This document shows, one piece after another, positions 37,577 through 42,728 of a stretch of 42,728 nt of DNA; position 1 is the stretch's first letter, and each line of letters starts with the position of its first letter. The stretch lies in sequence record DRR723986_6632. One strand, 5' to 3'. The position numbers and the translations under genes were made by a program. The notes below the pieces were generated by a model. That model had not been told where the DNA came from, ran no database searches, and saw only the letters and a list, made by a program, of their open reading frames with translations.

Positions 37577-37911
37577 CTGTCCTCAATCACCACGACAGAT
37601 GTTTGCTTTTCTTGGTCGGCAACTCGGCTCACGCTAGTGCAATGAGCGACCGCTACCCCGCCCTTTTGTTCATTAGATCAGTTCGCAACGAATTGCTCCT
37701 GCGGAGATCTGATTCCGAACTGCGGAACGACCGCCCTTCAGGCGCTAAGTAGCCTGAGGCGGCTCACGAGGCCATATGGAGCAATCCAAAGACGGGAATC
37801 ACGTCACCCTTATTAAAGGAAATGCCGATTTTGTTTATTAATGACAGTCACCAATAAACTTCTGAAATTAGTGCCTGAACAAACGTGGCGTGGCATTCGG
37901 CAGAGACCTCA

Positions 37912-38451
37912 TTAGATACTCAATGCCTGCGCGTCTTGCATGGGAAGAAAGAGGCGAAGAGGGGTGTTTTCAAGCCCCGAGAACCCGAAGCCTTTGTAGA
38001 GCGCTAATCGCCGTTTGGTTGCCTCCTCGTTTCCGCAGTCCAGGACATCCATGAGCACCACAGCAATGCCGAGTGTCTCGGAAGCACGGGCGAGTTCTTT
38101 CAAAGCATCAACGAGCAAAATGCCGCCTAATCCGTTCCCTTGGAATCTCTGATCAACGCCAATCATCGAAATAAAGGCAGCTGGGATTGAACCGTGGCTC
38201 GGTCGCGTTCGAGCGTACTTTTTTGGCAACTCGGCATAATCGACTGAATGGGCGTTGACAGCGTGGAAGCCCAACAATTGTTCGTTCGCATCGAGCAGCA
38301 CAGACACCCGAACATTTCCGGCTTTCTGGAGCTTGTTTGCTGTTTTCCTGAAATAATTGTCGACCTGGTCGACACCACATGAAAAAGCCGTTCGATCGTG
38401 TTTGTCTGGATCGAACGGCTCGAATTTGAGAGGCCACGATATGTCACTCAC
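37912..38451 (-). CDS. GNAT acetyltransferase toxin (AtaT/TacT-like)
   Basis: HDRTAFSCGVDQVDNYF, IGVDQRFQGNGLG acetyl-CoA motif, LYKGFGF. GTG start overlaps the antitoxin stop. Confidence 0.9.
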   Translation of the reverse strand: MSDISWPLKFEPFDPDKHDRTAFSCGVDQVDNYFRKTANKLQKAGNVRVSVLLDANEQLLGFHAVNAHSVDYAELPKKYARTRPSHGSIPAAFISMIGVDQRFQGNGLGGILLVDALKELARASETLGIAVVLMDVLDCGNEEATKRRLALYKGFGFSGLENTPLRLFLPMQDAQALSI

Positions 38452-38755
38452 TGTCGGCAACCATCTCCTTGTGCAGCTTCGCCGCGGCCAACAGCTTCTC
38501 AGTCGGAGCGGCCGGACGTTCAAGAGCCTCAAAGAACGCGGCATGATCGACCGGCGCCAGCACCGTCCGCTCATGGGCCGCAATAACATCCTGCGCCCGC
38601 AGCAGTGCCGCGTTCGTCGTAAATGTGCTCAGATCCATGCCGGAAAGCTCAGCGGCCTTTTCAATAGCTGCTTTTATCGAGGCTTTGGTGCGGATATTCA
38701 GCCTGGCATCGCTCTTCTCTGTCAGAGAAGAAGCCAGGTCAGTTGCTCCCAACAT
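38444..38755 (-). CDS. DUF1778 RHH antitoxin (AtaR/TacA-like)
   Basis: KSDARLNIRTKASIKAAIEKAAELSGMDLSTF…FFEALERPAAPTEKL, directly upstream of the GNAT gene. Confidence 0.9.
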   Translation of the reverse strand: MLGATDLASSLTEKSDARLNIRTKASIKAAIEKAAELSGMDLSTFTTNAALLRAQDVIAAHERTVLAPVDHAAFFEALERPAAPTEKLLAAAKLHKEMVADSE

Positions 38756-39116
38756 ATTCGCCTCCTTTGCTCGCGTGGTTCGAAGGGCAAGTTCATTGCG
38801 AAATGTACGTCAGATAGACACACAATTCAAGTCCGAGGCTGGCACACGCACCTAGCGACGGTGCAATTGAAGTGCTACGTCTTGCTGACAAAGCGGTTTC
38901 CAAAAACAGTCAAATTAGGTTGCAGGACTATCTTTAAGCGGCTTGTCTGATTTGTGGTAAATTGGTTGCATCAGGATAGTCGATGCACCGATTTCGCTAT
39001 AGCGGGTTGAGAAAATTTGTAAGCGTGACATTGCAAAGCTCGCCAAGAATAGAATAAGAATTTTGCAACCCATTGCCAAATAAAATTTCACAAAGTGAGA
39101 ATTGGATATTAAATTA

Positions 39117-39998
39117 ATGATTTTAAAGAGCTTGCATAAGGTAATATTATCATCATTTTTGCTGCTGACATTGGCAAATAAATCAGCGGAAGCATCTACT
39201 AATACTTATACAACACCATGCCCCGCAGTGATCATGAAAAAAATGTATAGTGGAGCTCCGTGTCGAACCTTTTCAATCGATTTCGCTAATGACGGAAAAG
39301 TCAAAAAAGTAAGGGTCTTCGAAATCGCCCAAAGCAGGCCTCGAGATGACGACCTAATTTACTATCAATATGGGTATTACGTTGAATTATCCGAAGGAAA
39401 ATACCTAGACCTCGGGAGCTTCCAGCCCTTTCGCAGCTATCCAAACAACTTAAGCATCCGTTCCGAGAACTACATAGTAAACTCTCTCGGAATTGTCCCT
39501 GGGGCAGCCGGCGGCCTATGTTGTTTAGGGACGGAAACGTTTGCCAATCGAACGCTGGAAGAAATTCATGGCCGTTTTTGTGTTACTTACTCCATGATTT
39601 TTCCGTTTTCGGGTTCATTTCGAGACTGTGATGGGGAAGCAACCCCAGAGGGAACAATCGGTTACGCTACCGACGTAGTGAGTTGGCAAAAAGCTCGAGA
39701 GCTCGCATGTGAAAGATTTAAGCGCGACACCAAGCGACCATGCAAAGACAGTTATAATGGTCAGTTAAGTACCAGAATTGCTTTTAAAGCCAATAAATCC
39801 CTTCATTACGTGACCTCTTTTCGACGCTTCTTACGTAAAGATCCGGATCATGTCACCACTGCAATAAAACCCATTAAGACTACGAGCACACGTATAATAT
39901 ACGATTACCTTGTTTATCGGATAAACGCGCTAAGCGGGCACATCGAATTGCTTGAGACGACGGAGAATATTCCGAATTACAGCAGATGGACAGACTAG
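39117..39998 (+). CDS. Hypothetical secreted Cys-containing protein
   Basis: Long ORF in AT-rich DNA. Signal-peptide-like VILSSFLLLTLANKSAEA. Eight Cys in the mature part. Confidence 0.65.
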   Translation: MILKSLHKVILSSFLLLTLANKSAEASTNTYTTPCPAVIMKKMYSGAPCRTFSIDFANDGKVKKVRVFEIAQSRPRDDDLIYYQYGYYVELSEGKYLDLGSFQPFRSYPNNLSIRSENYIVNSLGIVPGAAGGLCCLGTETFANRTLEEIHGRFCVTYSMIFPFSGSFRDCDGEATPEGTIGYATDVVSWQKARELACERFKRDTKRPCKDSYNGQLSTRIAFKANKSLHYVTSFRRFLRKDPDHVTTAIKPIKTTSTRIIYDYLVYRINALSGHIELLETTENIPNYSRWTD

Positions 39999-40033
39999 GT
40001 TCGCATATGGGTCTGAGACTTTGTCAGCGAGAC

Positions 40034-40516
40034 CTAGTTCGATGAACCATCTGCCTTATCTACACGTGAATTGGTCGGAAATCTCAGCTCAGACGCATCA
40101 ACAAATTTCCAACCCTTTACTCCATTCTTTCGACCTTCACCGCGTGAAGCGGCTTTCCAAGTCCCCAGGAGTCTTTCAAGGCCCTCGATCAACAAGAGCT
40201 GACAAAACGCGTAAATAACCAGACCCCCAAGCCCGACCCAGCAGATGGTGGTTGCCTCCAACACCCCCTGAAACAGCAGAAATGCCGCAAAAAATGGTAT
40301 GATCAACGCACACAAAGAAACGACTTTGCTGCGCATTACATTTCGCTTCCAGAACTGGAGAATTTCTTCTTCACTCAGAATTCGACGCTTTTTTCGATAG
40401 AAGACGAGTCCACTAAACAAACTATCGTCGGCTTCTCTTTTAGACGTTTCCGAAAATTTCTTGTTCAACATCGAAAGAAGTGCTTCAGAAATAACTTCCG
40501 CATTTTCGCGTTTCAT
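40034..40516 (-). CDS. Hypothetical 2-TM membrane protein
   Basis: Two hydrophobic helices. Begins 7 bp after the repressor stop. Confidence 0.6.
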   Translation of the reverse strand: MKRENAEVISEALLSMLNKKFSETSKREADDSLFSGLVFYRKKRRILSEEEILQFWKRNVMRSKVVSLCALIIPFFAAFLLFQGVLEATTICWVGLGGLVIYAFCQLLLIEGLERLLGTWKAASRGEGRKNGVKGWKFVDASELRFPTNSRVDKADGSSN

Positions 40517-40523
40517 GCAGATC

Positions 40524-40943
40524 TCACATGACTGTATTAAATATTCGCTTGAGCTCTTTATCTCCGAAATCTCTTCCAGAAATTACCTCTTCATATACAA
40601 ATCGAATCAATTTCGCTTTTCTCTCAAGCGGTGGCTCTAAATCATTCATTTTCGCAAATTTTTCCACAGCAAGAACAGCAGCTTCAACTAGCTCACCATT
40701 CATGTCGCTTTTAATTTGCCCCTCTCCTAGCAGAAGCCAAGCAGGCGATACGCCATAATCCTCGCAAATCCTAGCGATTAGGCTGAGGGGTACAGGTCTG
40801 GCACCACGCTCATAATTTTTATAAGCGCTTTGAGAAACACCCAATTTCTGCGCGAATGGGATTTGCAAAAATCCTTCACGTTCCCGCACAATCGCCAAAC
40901 GCTTGCCGATATCAGACATAACAGACTTGATCCGAGTACCCAT
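40524..40943 (-). CDS. XRE/Cro-CI family repressor
   Basis: IGKRLAIVREREGFLQIPFAQKLGVSQSAYKNYERGAR…VSPAWLLLGEG. Divergent from xis-int. Confidence 0.9.
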   Translation of the reverse strand: MGTRIKSVMSDIGKRLAIVREREGFLQIPFAQKLGVSQSAYKNYERGARPVPLSLIARICEDYGVSPAWLLLGEGQIKSDMNGELVEAAVLAVEKFAKMNDLEPPLERKAKLIRFVYEEVISGRDFGDKELKRIFNTVM

Positions 40944-41020
40944 TCGTGTACATTGAATTCATGCGTGTATAAATTCGCATCACTCGGTACAACAATTACT
41001 ATCGGAGAGATTTGGGTACA

Positions 41021-41233
41021 ATGGCCGTAGAACTTGAAACGGTGAATGAGCTATCCAGCCGCACCGGCTGGCCGAAAAGCCGGATACGCAAATTGATTGA
41101 AAATCGGGAGCTTAGATACGTCAAAATTGGCGGGGGAATATTCATTCCAATCGGGGCAATTGAAGAATTCATCAAAAACAACACCATTGAGCCAATTGTC
41201 GAAACGAACGCTCCCTCCCCTTCAACAGCTTAA
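41021..41233 (+). CDS. Excisionase-like HTH protein
   Basis: ETVNELSSRTGWPKSRIRKLIENRELRYVKIGG…IPIGAIEEFI. Confidence 0.8.
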   Translation: MAVELETVNELSSRTGWPKSRIRKLIENRELRYVKIGGGIFIPIGAIEEFIKNNTIEPIVETNAPSPSTA

Positions 41234-41241
41234 CTACGTCA

Positions 41242-41508
41242 ATGTCTGCAATGCCCCACCATAATAAACACACTCGGTCAGCAAAACTGGCGGTTAGCCG
41301 TTCCACTGCCGCCGAAATGCTCGACATTTCACCGACAACCTTCGACACTTGGATCGATCGCGGTTGGATGCCCAAGGGTTATAAATTCGGCGGGTTAAGG
41401 CGATGGGTAGTCCAAGACCTTCAGTCAAGTCTCCACGACCTAACCGAAACAAACTCCGTCATTGACAATGAAGACACCAAGAATCCGTTCGACCACACGG
41501 TTGGCTAA
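41242..41508 (+). CDS. AlpA/Xis-like HTH protein
   Basis: SRSTAAEMLDISPTTFDTWIDRGWMPKG…GGLRRW. Overlaps the integrase start. Confidence 0.8.
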   Translation: MSAMPHHNKHTRSAKLAVSRSTAAEMLDISPTTFDTWIDRGWMPKGYKFGGLRRWVVQDLQSSLHDLTETNSVIDNEDTKNPFDHTVG

Positions 41509-42727
41509 TCGAAAAAAGATCCCGTTCAAATACCTTTCAGCAGATGTGGATCGGCACGGCAACGTTCGGTTTTATCTGCGTCGACAAGGCATGCCCAAAT
41601 ATCGAATGAAGTCTCCCTATTTGGATGACAGCGGCAGCGTCACCGAGGCATTCAGCACTGAATATCATCGTGTGATGGCGGGAGACGTTGACCGTTCGGC
41701 AGAAAAGCGTTCTGACGAATGGAAGCCAGGCTCAATTGGTTGGCTGTTCAATCAATACCAGCGTTCGAAGGTCTTTCAACAACAGGCCCCCGACACACAG
41801 CGGGACAAGCGTAGTGTATTAGGACGCTATTGCGACGTTGTGGGCCATCTACCCTTTCAGAAGCTTAGAAAAGATGATGTGGAAGCCAGCCAAATGAAGC
41901 GTCGCGAAACACCCGGCGCTGCCGATAAACTCGTCAAATACCTAAGAGCCCTTTTCTATTGGGCAATGGGCAACGATCAAGTCACCTCCCATTACCCCTT
42001 GTCACAGAATCCGGCAGCAAAGGTAACGTACATTAATGATTCTGATGGTTTTCATATGTGGTCATCCGAGGAAATCGCCACCTTTCGAGAACACTACGAG
42101 CACGGCACTCCAGCGCGCTTAGCTTTTGAACTACTTTATAATCTTGGTATTCGAAGATCGGATCTCGTCAAACTCGGCCCCGAAAATATTGAAGGTAATA
42201 CGATTAGGTTTGTCCCGCACAAAGGAAAAGGGAAAGAACTGCTGGTCCTGCCGATAACAAGAGCGCTCGCATATGCGCTTAAACACGCGCCAGAAAACCA
42301 AAAAACATTTCTGACAACCGAGTACGGCAAACCATTTAGCTCAAACGGCTTTGGCAACAAAATGCGCGAGTGGTGCGACGATGTAGGCCTGAAGCAATGC
42401 TCATCACACGGCCTCCGAAAATCTGCCGCAACCGTACTGGCCGAAGCTGGAGCTTCTGAATACCAGCTCATGGCTGTGTTTGGCTGGAAAGACCCCAAGA
42501 CCGCTCGAATCTACACCAAACAGGCTAAGCAAGTAGTGCTGGCGCAAGACGCCTATGACCGTCTCGAAAACTCAATGGAACAGAAAAATGTCCCACTTTC
42601 TTCCCCTATCAAATCCAGTGAGACAAAAAGAGAAAAAAATGCAGGAAAATCAACACCCCAAAAGTGGAGTGGTGGGCCCGGAGGGACTCGAACCCCCAAC
42701 CAATCCGTTATGAGCGGACGGCTCTAA
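41468..42727 (+). CDS. int: Tyrosine recombinase/integrase
   Basis: DRHGNVRFYLRR arm region. Catalytic GIRRSD, HGLRK, GW, RIYT. ORF runs through att into the antisense strand of the tRNA. Alternative start TTG 41501. Confidence 0.95.
   Translation: MKTPRIRSTTRLANRKKIPFKYLSADVDRHGNVRFYLRRQGMPKYRMKSPYLDDSGSVTEAFSTEYHRVMAGDVDRSAEKRSDEWKPGSIGWLFNQYQRSKVFQQQAPDTQRDKRSVLGRYCDVVGHLPFQKLRKDDVEASQMKRRETPGAADKLVKYLRALFYWAMGNDQVTSHYPLSQNPAAKVTYINDSDGFHMWSSEEIATFREHYEHGTPARLAFELLYNLGIRRSDLVKLGPENIEGNTIRFVPHKGKGKELLVLPITRALAYALKHAPENQKTFLTTEYGKPFSSNGFGNKMREWCDDVGLKQCSSHGLRKSAATVLAEAGASEYQLMAVFGWKDPKTARIYTKQAKQVVLAQDAYDRLENSMEQKNVPLSSPIKSSETKREKNAGKSTPQKWSGGPGGTRTPNQSVMSGRL
42670..42685. repeat. att core (right junction) in the tRNA 3' end
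   Basis: tggtgggcccggaggg, identical to 22067-22082. Confidence 0.95.
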
Positions 42728-42728
42728 C
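42670..42728 (-). tRNA. tRNA with CAT anticodon, probably tRNA-Ile2 (5' end outside the window)
   Basis: Reverse complement gttagagccgtccgctCATaacggattggttgggggttcgagtccctccgggcccaCCA: T-loop GTTCGAG and encoded CCA. GGGCCC-type acceptor stem and no GGG/CCC anticodon stem argue against fMet. Confidence 0.88.

Larger units (their letters stand above)
22067..42685. mobile_element. Integrative mobilizable element / defence island inserted in tRNA(CAT)
   Basis: 16-bp direct repeat at both ends matching the tRNA 3' end. Tyrosine integrase, excisionase-like genes and XRE repressor at one end; rep, mobC and relaxase at the other. Cargo visibly more AT-rich. No T4SS or phage structural genes. Confidence 0.93.

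Noticed and set aside
22067-42685. Prophage or self-transmissible ICE
   Set aside because: No capsid, terminase or tail genes and no T4SS or coupling protein. Only integration, replication and mobilisation functions are present.
1-42728. CRISPR array or cas genes
   Set aside because: No regularly spaced direct repeats with unique spacers seen. The caspase and HEPN proteins have no cas context.
42670-42728. Initiator tRNA-fMet
   Set aside because: Lacks the three consecutive G-C anticodon-stem pairs, and the acceptor 3' strand fits Ile2. Elongator Met is not fully excluded because the 5' end is outside the window.

Overview
Alphaproteobacterial-type chromosomal window (the taxon is inferred from gene content) in two parts. 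Positions 1-22066 are GC-rich host sequence. They carry a REP-like palindrome cluster, a divergent LuxR regulator / 7TM histidine kinase pair with two exported proteins, an arginine transaminase-type catabolic cluster (AruI/AruH-like, TetR, polar amino-acid ABC transporter, M20 amidohydrolase), and a caspase-Sel1 / glycosyltransferase / sulfotransferase / degenerate radical-SAM cluster. Positions 22067-42685 are a ~20.6-kb integrative mobilizable element in the 3' end of a tRNA(CAT), probably Ile2, bounded by a perfect 16-bp direct repeat. Its backbone is split by the att site: repressor-xis-xis-integrase at the right end, and an HTH replication protein with internal iterons, oriT, mobC and a ColE1-like relaxase with overprinted genes at the left end. 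Excision would join these on one strand and swap the integrase C-terminal tail. The cargo is a defence island: a type II CBASS (DncV-like CD-NTase, Cap2, Cap3) with a divergently transcribed Cap15-like effector, a 1163-aa SF2 helicase-nuclease fusion, two HEPN-like proteins, an Mrr-like nuclease with an unknown Cys-containing C-terminus, and a GNAT/DUF1778 toxin-antitoxin pair. All family calls come from motifs read by eye; no database searches were run.
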